A DNA stretch of 64,000 nt, taken from Octopus sinensis (taxonomy: Eukaryota). Position numbers and translations under genes: made by a program. The notes under the pieces were generated by a model. The model was not told where the DNA came from. It saw nothing but the letters and a program-made list of their open reading frames with translations, and did not search any database. The DNA is taken from the NCBI RefSeq assembly GCF_006345805.1, contig NC_043012.1:11408001-11472000 (forward strand). The letters run 5' to 3'. Shown here one piece after another: positions 1 through 14,156 of this stretch (position 1 is its first letter; each line of letters opens with the position of its first letter).

Positions 1-146
1 TACCAGTGAAATCGCATTGCTACAGCTGAGTGAACTGGAGCAACGTGAAATAAAGTGTCTTGCTCAAGAACACAACACACAGCCCAGTCCAGGAATCGAA
101 CTCACTACCTCATGACTGTGAGCCCGACGCTCTGACCACTGAGCCA
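1..146 (-). mobile_element. tRNA-derived SINE (family C), 5' part, runs off the window start
   Basis: Reverse complement reads tggctcagtggtcagagcgtcgggctcacagtcatgaggtagtgagttcgattcctggactggg, i.e. A and B boxes; same family as 2605-2935, 38994-39235 and 42150-42440. Confidence 0.8.
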
Positions 147-419
147 TATATTTATTGCACACTGTATGGATTTATATAACCCTGTGATAATCACAAAACG
201 GCTCTTTTAGTGGGCCCGGTTACAAACCACATAGGAGACCGTAGGTGTGTAAAGCAGAGTCCTAGTGCAGTCACGTAAATTAATTTATCATACACCAATA
301 TAAATCATTTTTGCATGATGTCGACTGTGAAACGGCCGTAACCCGATGGATATCAACTGGGGAAATAAATGTTTTCATCTCATACCTCCCGACTTTCTTT
401 ATATCCCTCCCCTCTCTCT

Positions 420-617
<198 letters not shown>

Positions 618-845
618 GTACCACTTTAAAAGGCTTTTTAGTCACAGGAATCGAACCCAGGACGTATTCTTTGTAAGCCTAGTATTTATTCTGTCGGCCA
701 CTTTTGCCGAACTGCTAAGTTACGAGGACGTAAACACACTAGTATTAGATGTCAAGCGATGGTGGGGGTGGGGGATAAGTACTGACACAAAGACACACTC
801 ACATAAATATATACATATATATGCATATATGTGTGTGTGTGTGTG
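618..845 (-). mobile_element. SINE family A, 3' half
   Basis: Matches the 3' half of full copies (ttattctttgtaagcctagta...cttttgccgaactgctaag...gtcaagcgatg), degenerate. Confidence 0.7.
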
Positions 846-2108
846 ATGTATTTCACGCCAACAAACCTTATATGATTACTGGTACTAAAGAAGGCCTACG
901 AGGGTCAAGAGAGATTTAGTATTTACCTTAAACTACAGAAATGTTATTGGTGTTTATTTTAGCGACTTCAGTTGTACTAAAAGACCAAGATGAACGAGTC
1001 GAGATTCGAAATCAGTCTTAATAAGATGGTGAACCAATTATCTTTAAAACAGTTTCTACTTTAACCAAAGAAGAAGAAAAAGAAGAAAAAAAGAAAGAGA
1101 GAAAGCTTGTGCTTAATTTTCGATAACCCAACCATATTTTTTGAGAATATAAACCACATTAGTTCTAAATAAAACACATTCCCTGATATATTAAACATAT
1201 TTCATTCAGGAAGAATATGCTTTCCTTTTGTCTCGTTCATTTCATTCTGGTTTGGTTCTTGTTTTCTATTTGTTTTATTTTCAATTTTATATTTCTGCTT
1301 TTCTTTTTTTTTTCCCTACATGTTGAAGTTTGAATTTGATTGCGAAACTTGAAAACACACACATAAATAAACGAATGAATGGATAAATAAATAAATAAAT
1401 AAATAAATAAAGGAAGGAAGAAAGGAAGAAAGAAATGAAAATAAATAACAAAGAAGGAAAATACAAAAAAAAGAAGAATTGGTGTAGTTAGTGTTACTGT
1501 ATTGTCAAACGTTAAATGTATAATTATTTTCCATGGTTTAACAATAAATCTATTGATTTAGTTTTATTCTTTATTCTGATACCTTTAGAACAACTTTATT
1601 GATTATTTTAATAGTCGGTGGAGGTAATTGTGAAGGTCTAAGTGGGGGAAAGAGAGGAAATAGTTGAAGCAAACTGGAAGAGAAGAGAAAAAAAATTCTT
1701 CTGATCTCGAGAATGGCTATTGGTAAATTTTAAATGTATTTCTACCTATTGTAATGGACAAATTGGGGGAGATTTGTACAAGATAAGTAAATTTGTAGAA
1801 GTGAATTGAAAGATAATTTCCTAGTGAGGTCAGAAGTAATAAAGAGAATTTCCATTTACTGGTTTGTCTATTTTTATTTCGTGTTTTCACTCAATTACCG
1901 TCATAACTCTAACTCATTCTCTCTCACTCTCTGTCTCTCTCTCTGAAGATCATTTTTGCAGGAAACGGTGAGACAACAATAAACTTTCGTTTCTCGTGAG
2001 CAACTCTACAATTCTAGAACGGAGTATTCACCACTGGAACGCCTTCACCAAGAATAACCAAGGACTATAACAACAACGAAAATTATATCTACATATTTGC
2101 CACTTCAT

Positions 2109-2404
<296 letters not shown>

Positions 2405-2604
2405 AGTGAGAGATAGTAAGAGAGAGGGAGAGAGAGAGAGAGAGAGAGCTACTAGCATAGATAAACACAGTCAAACCCGAGACATATTTATGTGGAACAC
2501 AAAATGCGTTTATAAAATAAAGAAAACAAATAACAAAGTAGAAGAAAAATATTATGTAAAGTCTTATCTCGGCAGCTTTTTCAAGACGGCTATAACTTAT
2601 GTAA

Positions 2605-2935
2605 TAACCATGGTTCAGTGGTTAGAGCGTCGGACACACAATCACGAGGTACTGAGTTCGATTCCCAATAGCGGGCTGTGTGGTGTCTTCTCGAGCGAGA
2701 CACTTTATTTCACGTTGGTCCAGTTCACTCAACTGTAGAAATGAACTGTGACGTCACTGGTGCCAGGCTGTCTCCGCCTTTACCTTTCCCTTGGATAATA
2801 TCAGTGGTGTGGAAAGGAGAGGCTGGTATGCATGGGTGACAGCTGATCGTCCATAAACAACCTTGCCCGGAGTTGTACCTCGGAGGGGAACTTTCTAGGT
2901 ACAATTCCATATTCATTCATAACCGAAGGGTGCAT
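2605..2935 (+). mobile_element. tRNA-derived SINE (family C), near full length
   Basis: A box tggttcagtgg, B box gagttcgattcc, then a shared body (acgtcactggtgcca...ggctggtatgcatggg...ccataaacaaccttgcc) also present at 42150-42440 and 34720-35060. Confidence 0.85.
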
Positions 2936-4095
2936 TTTAAGTAATACTGTGCAGTCCAACAACGTGACCCGATGAAATTGTTGGAGTAAGCTAGGTGTTT
3001 GTTTCCAAGAGCAGACTGGCAAATGTGAATTGTCTAGCAGTGTTTATGAATATCAATATTCAAAAAGAACAGAGAGGTAGAGTGGGGAAGGGACTCAAAG
3101 ACTCGAAAGGAAATAATGAGCTAGCAGTGGTTACGAAGCGAGACGAGATGAGGATACAGCTTGACAAAGATCAGATATAATGAAAAAACAGAGTTAATAG
3201 CTAGCCGGAGAAATAGTGTTGTCAGTTAAATCTAGCGATGGGGTGGGGTGGAACAGAGTACTTGTTCTCAGACATGATAAATCAGTTAAGAGTGGCAGAG
3301 GCAACAGACAGATAAGCATGAGAAAATTAAATGTTGTGGTAAAGGAGTAGAGGTATTAGGAAAATAAAATGCAATGAGAAAAGAGAATTTCAGTTAAGAT
3401 GATGAGAAATTATAATGATTTTTACATAGTGAGTAAAGACTCAGTAGAATTTATTCCTGCAAGAGAAGATTACATTAGAGAATCGATTAAATAGAGAGGT
3501 CTCATTTTAACGTTATATCATTTACGAACGCGCTGATTTGCATTGCAGAGGGTGCAAACACAATCTATTGATTAGGAAAATGTATAAAGCGTACCCTGGG
3601 CTTGAAGGGGTGAGTGTAGGTGGCTAGAGAAGTACATTGTTTAGAAGCCCTATTTGAAAAGTAGTGCAGGTGAGTAAGGTAGCGTTGTCTGAAGTTGATG
3701 TAACGCAAGCAGCGTACTTTCCAACTACACGCTCATAGAAATAGGAATTTCAGTGTCTTTCTGACGTCGCTAGTGTATCTCTTATTATAAAAGGCAGATT
3801 TTATCTGCCTCCCTTTGGGAGTTATACAAATCTACAATATAGGATTTCTTCAATTACAATTTACCTAGCATTTTTAAGAGTACAATGCATCGCGTCATGC
3901 CAGGTCCAGTTTTTAAAATTTAAACTCCAATTAAGCAAAATTTACAGAAAACTCACATTCTGGTGTGTGTGTCAAATGTTTTTCTTAATGTGGTTTACAC
4001 CACACGCAAACGCACACACACACAAAGGGAGCGAATTGTTTCACTGACGCTATCACCCTTCTCCTCCTTTGTTTTTGCAAGTTGGCAGCTATTAA

Positions 4096-4458
4096 AGTGA
4101 AAACAGTGAATCCGACAGCGATTAAGAACACGAAATAGCACCTGAATGGAGTGAAAATTTAAAAACTGTTTCTTTCGGTGATTTTTCTGAAGAAACTGCA
4201 CCAAGCCACAGACTTTCCCAGAAGAGTAAAGCCTTACACTATTTCTATTTACTTTTTCGAATGAGCCCATTTAAAATCATTACGGCAGAAACGAAACGTT
4301 ACGCTAAACGTAAACAAAACGAAAGAAACGATAGTTTCTTATTTCCCACAACCTTAAATGAAATTAAGGCCTATTTTGCCATAAATATTATTATGGGTAT
4401 CAGAAAGTTACCCAGAATAACAAATTCTATTGTAAAATTTTGTTGTATACCCAATTGA
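4096..4458 (+). pseudogene. piggyBac-type (PGBD/DDE_Tnp_1_7) transposase N-terminal fragment
   Basis: In-frame reading EHEIAPEWSENLKTVSFGDFSEETAPSHRLSQKSKALHYFYLLFRMSPFKIITAETKRYAKRK...FPTTLNEIKAYFAINIIMGIRKLPRITN resembles the piggyBac pattern YFxLFF...IVxETNRYA...PTTxxEIKAFxxxxIxMGIxKLP; there are upstream in-frame stops. Confidence 0.75.
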
Positions 4459-6020
4459 ATATTAGCTAATAACCCATTTTCTATAGCGATGTTTGAACAA
4501 AATTTTAATAATTTTACAGAAAGTTACCCAGAATAACAAATTCTATCGTAAAATTTTGTTGTATACCCAATTGAATATTAGCTAATAACCCATTTTCTAT
4601 AGCGATGTTTGAACAAAATTTTAATAATTTTACAGAAAGTTACCCAGAATAACAAATTCTATCGTAAAATTTTGTTGTATACCCAAGAATATTAGCTAAT
4701 AACCCATTTTCTATAGCGATGTTTGAACAAAATTTTAATAATTTTACAGAAAGTTACACAGAATAACAAATTCTATCGTAAAATTTTGTTGTATACCCAA
4801 TTGAATATTAGCTAATAACCCATTTTCTATAGCGATGTTTGAACAAAATTTTAATAATTTTACAGAAAGTTACCCAGAATAACAAATTCTATCGTAAAAT
4901 TTTGTTGTATACCCAATTGAATATTAGCTAATAACCCATTTTCTATAGCGATGTTTGAACAAAATTTTAATAATTTTATAGAAAGTTACCCAGAATAACA
5001 AATTCTATTGTAAAATTTTGTTGTATACCCAATTGAATATTAGCTAATAACCCATTTTCTATAGCGATGTTTGAACAAAATTTTAATAATTTTACAGAAA
5101 GTTACCCAGAATAACAAATTCTATCGTAAAATTTTGTTGTATACCCATTGAATATTAGCTAATAACCCATTTTCTATAGCGATGTTTGAACAAAATTTTA
5201 ATAATTTTACAGAAAGTTACCCAGAATAACAAATTCTATCGTAAAATTTTGTTGTATACCCAATTGAATATTAGCTAATAACCCATTTTCTATAGCGATG
5301 TTTGAACAAAATTTTAATAATTTTATAGAAAGTTACCCAGAATAACAAATTCTATTGTAAAATTTTGTTGTATACCCAATTGAATATTAGCTAATAACCC
5401 ATTTTCTATAGCGATGTTTGAACAAAATTTTAATAATTTTACAGAAAGTTACCCAGAATAACAAATTCTATCGTAAAATTTTGTTGTATACCCAATTGAA
5501 TATTAGCTAATAACCCATTTTCTATAGCGATGTTTGAACAAAATTTTAATAATTTTATAGAAAGTTACCCAGAATAACAAATTCTATCGTAAAATTTTGT
5601 TGTATACCCAATTGAATATTAGCTAATAACCCATTTTCTATAGCGATGTTTGAACAAAATTTTAATAATTTTACAGAAAGTTACCCAGAATAACAAATTC
5701 AATTGTAAAATTTTGTTGTATACCCAATTGAATATTAGCTAATAACCCATTTTCTATAGCGATGTTTGAACAAAATTTTAATAATTTTATAGAAAGTTAC
5801 CCAGAATAACAAATTCTATTGTAAAATTTTGTTGTATACCCAATTGAATATTAGCTAATAACCCATTTTCTATAGCGATGTTTGAACAAAATTTTAATAA
5901 TTTTACAGAAAGTTACCCAGAATAACAAATTCTATCGTAAAATTTTGTTGTATACCCATTGAATATTAGCTAATAACCCATTTTCTATAGCGATGTTTGA
6001 ACAAAATTTTAATAATTTTA
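4401..6020 (+). repeat. Tandem array, 14 copies of a 116-bp unit
   Basis: Unit agaaagttacccagaataacaaattctatcgtaaaattttgttgtatacccaattg...ttttaataattttac; starts at 4401, 4517, 4633 and onward, with few SNPs or indels. Confidence 0.97.
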
Positions 6021-6947
6021 TATATTGTTGAATTTACCTGTATCTACCTGCAATTAGAGTCACTTTGTGACAAAAATTATAGTATAGAATTGGTTGAGGA
6101 CATTTCATTAAATTATCTTCCAAAAATCACATTAATATATTGATAAATAAAAAAGTTATAGTTGTTTAATGAAACCAGACTAATTTATGATTACGTTAGA
6201 AATTAATTGAAACACATAAGGGGTGTATTTTGGTCAGAAATATAGTAACGAAAGGATTAAGAAAAACCAAAAATATTTTATTCTTTATAATGTTGTATTC
6301 AAAATAACATTTTCTTTTAAGAATGCGTATATAACAAAGTATGTGTATATAACTACGTGGCTTATATCTTTATATATAAGAGTGAAGTTGTGTGTCTGTC
6401 TCCTACGATTTAGATTCCTAACTACTCCCACATTTTGCGGTGCAGTGTAACCAAAACCGGGTATCTTATAGTCGTGATTCATATCGAGCCCTTCTGGGTA
6501 TTAGCGCGCGTCTACGATGAGTCTACGATTTTAAAAAATTTACCATCATATTTTTCCATTTTAATGCATTTTTTTCGCTATTATATAAGGGAAGTAACTC
6601 TCTAAAAATATCTACGATGTGTCAACGATTTAAAAAGAAATTTACCTTAATTTTTTTTCCATTTTTTATGCATTTTTTTCCTATTTTTTGGCTATAACTC
6701 TCTAAAAATGCATATATAGTTATTTCCCTTACAAACCCGAGCAACGCCGGGCGATACTGCTAGTGAATACTAATATCAACGACAGCATGTGACTTTCCTT
6801 GACTAATATAGACCCAATCTTCAGTAGACCTCTTAAACTTCCTCCATTCGGCTACCTGAGCCTAAAGAACTAGGTACGTTTTACGAGCCTAAGCAATTAT
6901 ATGTTGCATGGAACCGAATCAAACTTTTTATTAAATAATACACATAC

Positions 6948-7358
6948 GCAGGAGTGGCTGTGTGGTAAGTAGCTTGCTAACCAACCACATGGTTCCGGGT
7001 TCAGTCCCATTGCGTGGCATCTTGGGCAAGTGTCTTCTGCTATAGCCCCGGGCCGACCAATACCTTGTGAGTGGATTTGGTAGACGGAAACTGAAAGAAG
7101 CCTGTCGTATATATGTATATATATATGTATATATGTATGTGTGTGTGTTTGTGTGTCTGTGTTTGTCCCCCTAGCATTGCTTGACAACCGATGCTGATGT
7201 GTTTACGTCCCCGTCACTTAGCGGTTCGGCAAAAGAGAGCGATAGAATAAGTACTGGGCTTACAAAGAATAAGTCCCAGGGTCGATTTGCACGACTAAAA
7301 GGCGGTGCTCCAGCATGGCCGCAGTCAAATGACTGAAACAAGTAAAAGAGTAAAAGAG
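6948..7358 (+). mobile_element. tRNA-derived SINE family A, full length with internal (TA)/(TG) microsatellite
   Basis: Head ggagtggctgtgtggtaagtagcttgc...ggttcagtccc, central microsatellite, tail gactgaaacaagtaaaagagtaaaaga; many copies in the window. Confidence 0.9.
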
Positions 7359-7794
7359 CATACGCACGTAGTGTGTACGTACGGGCGTGTATGTGTGTCT
7401 CTGTGTGTGTGTGTGTGTGTGTACCATTATCCAGTCAGTTTCCTGTATAGTTAATTGTTAGTCCTAACCTGTATATAGAAGTGTTACTAGTTATGCTTTA
7501 CAGACCATATGTTGGGGAATATTAAGATAAAAAGAAGACACAACCATAAATAATTAGCTCCTATGTACGTTTCACCATTGTAGTTATTTGGAACTCAACA
7601 CTGGATGTTTCAAGTGCATTTAGAGATGCCTAGCTGTAATGGGTCATAAGAGGAACACCATATTGCAATCTGTTACAGAAATCTAATAAAGTGTCCCTCG
7701 GACGATCCATTGCGGTTTAACATCGAAATGCACTTAGAACATCGAATGCTATGTTCCATATATCTACAATGGTCAAACGTAAGTAGCAACCAAC

Positions 7795-8168
7795 TATTAC
7801 TTCGGCCTTAGTGAAGGTGGAGGTATTGTTTTCAGTTGTGTTTGTTTGTTTGTTTGTCCGTGAACAAGATATCTCAAGAACTGCCGGATGGATTCGGATG
7901 AAACTTTCAGAGATGTTTGGTCCCCTGACTGGCACGAACTGATTAGATTTTGGGATCGATCCCGTTCTGGATAAGGATTCTGGATTATTTTTCGTTTTTT
8001 TTTTTTACTTAATTTTTGAGAGTGGTCGGGTTCATTTTAGTATTCTCGTTTGAGAGAGCAGTCGAGTTTATTTCAGGTATTCTCATTTTAAAAATCATCT
8101 CTGGTTAACCGTTGAGAGGACGTTGGTGTTGCCTTGGCGGAGGTTTGCGCTCCTTGAGTGCTCTTGTT
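7795..8168 (+). mobile_element. Helentron/DINE-1-like non-autonomous element (inverted copy at 13785-14156)
   Basis: Starts tattacttcggccttag..aaggtggagg, has a (GTTT)n core and ends gccttggcggaggtttgcgctc...gagtgctcttgtt. This architecture resembles DINE-1/HINE elements; the family call is inference. Confidence 0.55.
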
Positions 8169-8764
8169 TAACCGAAGTTATTTCTTATTGAAGTATAAGT
8201 CTGAAAGCTGAGTCAACAGTGAGGAGTTCCAGCGATTTAAATGCACAAGTCTTTGATATCCAAGTAGTTAAAAAGTGTCAGCAGAAGGGTATCCAAGCGT
8301 CATAGCCTGGATGCGGCTCCACCCGGCCTCCTTAAAGTTTAAGAAGTTAAAAGCCGAAATACTTGCCTAAGATTGGTTTCTTCTCTGGAGTTATGATGTT
8401 CAGTTCTTCTAAGAGTTTCTTACCACTACGTGTATGTGTGCACGCGCTTGTGTGTGTACGTGCGTGTATGCGTGTGGGGGTAAGTACAAAAGACAAAAAA
8501 AAGACGAGGTAAAAAACAAACGAACATACGGTATGTATTAGGTTGACGCTCAAGAAAATTGAAAGAACTCTTTAACTTTTCGTGTCTACACTCTTCTACA
8601 AGAAGGATAGTTGAGGAGAGGGAAAAATAGAGAGAAAAAACAAGCGTCTCCATTAGATGGTCACCGCATACTTACATATATATTTATACACACACACACA
8701 CGCACACACATATACATGTATACACTCATGTATGAATAAGTGTATATATGCATGCATGCATGAA

Positions 8765-9025
<261 letters not shown>

Positions 9026-9665
9026 TGCTTCTGTGGATGAACGCAAAATGGTGATATAATTCCAAACAACGTCGGACGAAAATTAGTTTGCTTTGCTCCG
9101 TCTTTCTTTGGATTAGTGAAATAGTTAAATATTATTCTGATAATTAAAGCTCTCGCTTAAACTCATTAATATTTATTGGTTCATTACAGCGAATAAACTA
9201 ATGCCTATTTTATTATTGCGTTAGCATGTGACAAACGAACCTGGGTAATTTTCCTGTAGTCATTTTTCAAGTTATTTAACCACTTAGTTTCCATTCTCTA
9301 AAAGCCTATATATTGTCTAAACTTTGTCAGATCTGAAGTAACGAAGAGAATATGATTTGCTGAGGAGGCCTAATAAGAACGAAACATGTACAAAATTATC
9401 ACCTCACTGCTAAGGATCATATTCATTTGTCTTGATTTTTGAAAAATCGATGCCGATTAAAAATCATCGATTTTTTAAAATATTCCAAGTGACCGCATGG
9501 GTAATCAGCCCTACATACGTGTCAGGTTTCATTAAGATCGGTTGGATAGTCTCGGAGGAATTAAAGTAACAAATTCACAAACACACACACAGCCACAAGC
9601 AGACAGAAATTGTCATTTGTGTGTGTGTGTGTGTGCGCGGGTGTGTGTATGTGTGTATGTGTGTT

Positions 9666-9715
<50 letters not shown>

Positions 9716-9852
9716 GGTATGTATGTATATATTATCTTACACCTTTTTCTTGTTTCAGTCATTACATTCTTTTGTCGTGCCGCTAAGTTACGGGGAGCTG
9801 AGCACACCAACGCCGATTTTCAAGCGGTGGGGGTGGAGGCAAAGACTGATAG

Positions 9853-9888
<36 letters not shown>

Positions 9889-10106
9889 CATACATACACG
9901 AAGAAATTTACAAGTGATATTAATAATGAACACATCAACACTGTTGCTGATGGGAAATGCCTCAGGGTTGTGTTCTGCATACTAAATACACAGATGGTTG
10001 GGTGTCACATATACGCAATTGAGTGAAGCGAAATGCACCTTTTCCTTCTCCACAACCAAAGTACCACTCCCTTTTTTCTGTCTCTCCCTCTCTCTTTCTC
10101 GCCTCT

Positions 10107-10137
<31 letters not shown>

Positions 10138-10392
10138 TTCTTCTCAGACAAACGTTCCAGAAATTTAGGTTCTTCACACCTCACGGCAATTGGTCTTTTT
10201 GAACTTTCCTATGAACACCTCCCTTATTAAATATCACAAGGTTAACCCGTGTTAGGTGAACCGGGTCTAGAAATCGGCTCCGTTAAGCTGCACTGCCCTT
10301 TCACAACCTACATACGCAAAACCAGCGTTTACTGCCGGTCTAAACATCAATTAGTAGTTTACAAGGAATCCTAAGTGTTGTATTTTAATTCT

Positions 10393-10394
<2 letters not shown>

Positions 10395-10426
<32 letters not shown>

Positions 10427-10450
10427 ACATCGTCATCATCGTCATCATCG

Positions 10451-10494
<44 letters not shown>

Positions 10495-10502
10495 GTCATC
10501 AT
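10395..10502. repeat. (CAT)n trinucleotide microsatellite
   Basis: Direct repeat. Confidence 0.95.
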
Positions 10503-11055
10503 TAGTGTGTGGGGTGTGCCATTTCAGCAGCTGTTGGAAGCTAAAGTAATTTTAGGAGTGAGGGTGGTGGTGGTGGTGGTGGTGTATGTGTGTTTGAAGT
10601 ATAAATGGTTCTCTGGCTCCAAATCGGTTAAACCTAGTTTGACTTTCTCTCCCGCTTTCTTTTCTTTTTTCTCCCTCTTTCTCTCTCCTACTATTTCTCT
10701 TCCTCTTTCTCTTATCTCTTTCTCTCTTTCTCACCCCTCTCTTCTTCCTCTCTCTCCCCTTTTTCCCTTATATTTAAAAGTGACTGATAAAACAGCCATC
10801 GATAATCATTGTGTGGTGAAGGTGTGAGGGCAAAACTAGACTCTATGTCTGGCATTTCCAATTGGTGTATCGCCGCCTTGCCACACAAATGCTGCCACAA
10901 TCACTTCCAGCACTCCTCCACCATGACCATCACCGCTGATACTAAACTGCCATCTATCTCACTTTGTATTTCTGTGACATGTGTTTGTCTACATTGTAAA
11001 CAAACTACAACTAAACAATTTGCCATTATAACATAGCCCTGTAAAACTTTGTATG

Positions 11056-11112
<57 letters not shown>

Positions 11113-11703
11113 GATGTGTGGTTGGGTGTGCGTGTGTATGCAGGTATGTGTATACTGTGCACACATACACATTGACTCCAAGTATCAGGATGGAACTGGT
11201 GTATGGTGAATGTCTGCGTGTAATCAATGTAGATAAAGCCATGAAAATGAAAACACGAAAGACAAGATAAAATACGGTAATGGTTTTTATTATTAATTTC
11301 ACATTCAGAGAAGCAGAGATAGACATGTTCTAACATTCCAGACAGAATCCCTTCATTTCATCTGAAAGAGTTTCAGATTCACACATCTACTTTTATCGCT
11401 TAACAATTTTTCTTTGTTCCTTCTTTTTTTTATCCCCCACCCCACAGTTGTCTTTCCTTCTTTTCTTTTCTGATGAAGGTCTTTCTCTGAAACGTTAGAA
11501 CATTTCCATTTCAGTCTTTCTGAGCTTGGCACTTAATAATAAAGCTACTTATCGCCTTACACTTGGTTTCATTTGTCATTTTATTGGAAATATTTCCAAT
11601 TATCACACAGTCTCGCAGGTAATTGTTATCGAATGGATTACCACCTCAGGTTGTCGTTCGATTACTGACATTGCATAATCACTTCCTCGGATTAGAAGAT
11701 ATA

Positions 11704-11734
<31 letters not shown>

Positions 11735-11747
<13 letters not shown>

Positions 11748-12470
11748 ATTTGTACATCTCTCTCTGTATATATATATATATATCTTTACTCTGTGTGTGT
11801 GTGTGCGTGTGTGTTAATCCCGTCTGTGCATATATATGATTAAATCCAATCTGTTAGTGACCATCCCGTCTATAATTTCAACTCATCGTTTACTTCAGAC
11901 TATCTAATACATGAGTCTTCCTTTCTAACAGAAGAGTGTATTTCGAAGTCTATTTGACACACAAGTATAGTTATGTGTGTGCGTATGTATGTATGTATGT
12001 ATGTATGTATGTATGTATGTATGTATGTATGTATGTATGTATGTATGTATGTATGCATGTATGTATGTATATATATATATATGTATGTATGTATGTGTAT
12101 ATATATATATATATATTATATATATATATATTTGTACATCTCTCTCTGTATATATATATATATCTTTACTCTGTGTGTGTGTGTGCGTGTGTGTTAATCC
12201 CGTCTGTGCATATATATGATTAAATCCAATCTGTTAGTGACCATCCCGTCTATAATTTCAACTCATCGTTTACTTCAGACTATCTAATACATGAGTCTTC
12301 CTTTCTAACAGAAGAGTGTATTTCGAAGTCTATTTGACACACAAGTATAGTTATGTGTGTGCGTATGTATGTATGTAGTATGTATGTATGTATGTATGTA
12401 TGTATGTATGTATGTATGTATGTATGTATGTATGCATGTATGTATGTATATATATATATATGTATGTATG

Positions 12471-12480
<10 letters not shown>
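11735..12480. repeat. Two-copy tandem duplication of about 380 bp bounded by microsatellites
   Basis: The unique core (tgtacatctc...acaagtatagttatgtgtgtgcgtatg) occurs at about 11751-11985 and again at about 12133-12365. Confidence 0.9.
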
Positions 12481-12533
<53 letters not shown>

Positions 12534-12624
12534 ATATGCATATATGCATTTTTGTATGTATGTATGCATCTATCTATCTGTCTATACACAAACACGCACA
12601 CACACACACACATATATATATATA

Positions 12625-12656
<32 letters not shown>

Positions 12657-13399
12657 GATGCGTGTATGTATGTGCGCGTGTGTGTATGTATATATATATT
12701 TAAGTATACCTATAAATCTATCTATCTATCTATATATATATATATTTACATACATACATACTTTCATACAAATCCTTACACCCGTACGCATGCGCACATG
12801 CATAATACACTCAAACAGACTTTTTTAATTAAAAGGTAATTGTTAGGGAGGCGTCATTTCCGCGTCCTAACTGGATGTTTGTCTGTAGGGGTTTTGCTAA
12901 ACCGTTTTCAGTTGATGAGTTTCATTGCGTATTCAGCGTTTTCAATGAGGCGAATAGTCTAGAATTTCTTCGATGGTATTTGGGTGATCTGAATGCCACG
13001 GATCGGGAGATTGTTTCTCCACCTTCAGGTCTGTTTTCCTGGTTTGTGCATAATTTTTGTCCGGTGGTAGCGAATATGCGGTTTCGATACACGCCACTGA
13101 ATCATTACTCGATAAACGTAGTAGAATTTATACTTATATTTCATATCGGACTCGCATAATTATTTATTCCGTTGCTATTCAGAGTTTCCTGCCACATGTG
13201 GTTTATGATATCGTACACTCTTTCTCTAGTTTGCAACTAATAGTGTATGCATATATGAATGTATGTACTAATAGTGTATGCATATATGAATGTATGTACT
13301 AATAGTGTATGCATATATGAATGTATGTATGTGTGTGCTTTATGATTGTATTGTTTAACAGGGAAAGTTTTGCAGCAAGTCAGGTGACTCATAGCACAA

Positions 13400-13590
13400 T
13401 AAAGGAAATATACAGTGAAAGGTCATTCAACAAGATTCAGCACCTTCTCACAATTCCAATGCAACTAGATGTCAGACAATCTTTACGATCATGAAACACC
13501 AAATTTCTTGCCTCCAAACTCATCAGATTTAAATCTCAGCGACTACTACGTTCGGGGTGTTGTTGAAAGGAAATTGATATTTTCACAATA
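13400..13590 (+). pseudogene. Tc1/mariner-superfamily transposase fragment
   Basis: Reads QQDSAPSHNSNAT and PPNSSDLNLSDYYVRGVVER, matching the QQDxAPxH and WPPNSPDLNPLDY motifs; frameshifted. Confidence 0.7.
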
Positions 13591-13784
13591 CAACAGCTCT
13601 GTTTTTATCATTATTTTGATTTTAATTCTTATCTTGAGGAGTTCGTTTAAACGAACGACAGCGCTAATAATGAAGAATTATCCAAAATTCTGACTGCCTC
13701 CTTTTCTCTCGATATACAATATTTGTATACCACTTCAAACATTCTATACATATGTGTGTGTGATAAAATGCAATAAGATATTAT

Positions 13785-14156
13785 AACAAGAGCACTCAGA
13801 GGGCACAAATCTTCGCCAAGGCAACACCAATGTCCTCTCAACGATTAGTCAGAGATGATTTTTAAAATGAGAATATCTGAAATAAACTCGAATGCTCTCA
13901 CAAAAGAGAATACTAAAAATGAACCCGACCGCTCTCAAAAATTAATTTTAAAAACAGGAAAAATAATCCAGAATCCTTGTTCGGTACCGAGTCGATCCCA
14001 AAATCTGATTAGTTCGTACCAGTCACGAGGCCAAACATCTCTGAAAGTTTCATTCAAATCCATCCAGTGGCTCTTGAGATATCTTGTCCAAGGACAAACA
14101 AACAAACAAACACGACTGAAAACAATACCTCCGCCTTTGCTAAGGCCGAAGTAATA
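13785..14156 (-). mobile_element. Helentron/DINE-1-like element, second copy
   Basis: Reverse complement of 7795-8168. Confidence 0.55.

Larger units (their letters stand above)
3778..6763 (+). mobile_element. Non-autonomous Helitron-like element
   Basis: 5' end A|TCTCTTATTATAAAAG with subterminal palindromes (ggcagat-ttt-atctgcc); 3' end has a GC-rich hairpin cccgagcaacgccggg (6736-6751) followed by CTAG|T (6760-6764). These are canonical Helitron termini inserted between A and T. Confidence 0.7.

Noticed and set aside
4401-6020. CRISPR-like array
   Set aside because: Units are fully repeated with no unique spacers and the context is eukaryotic; it is a tandem satellite.
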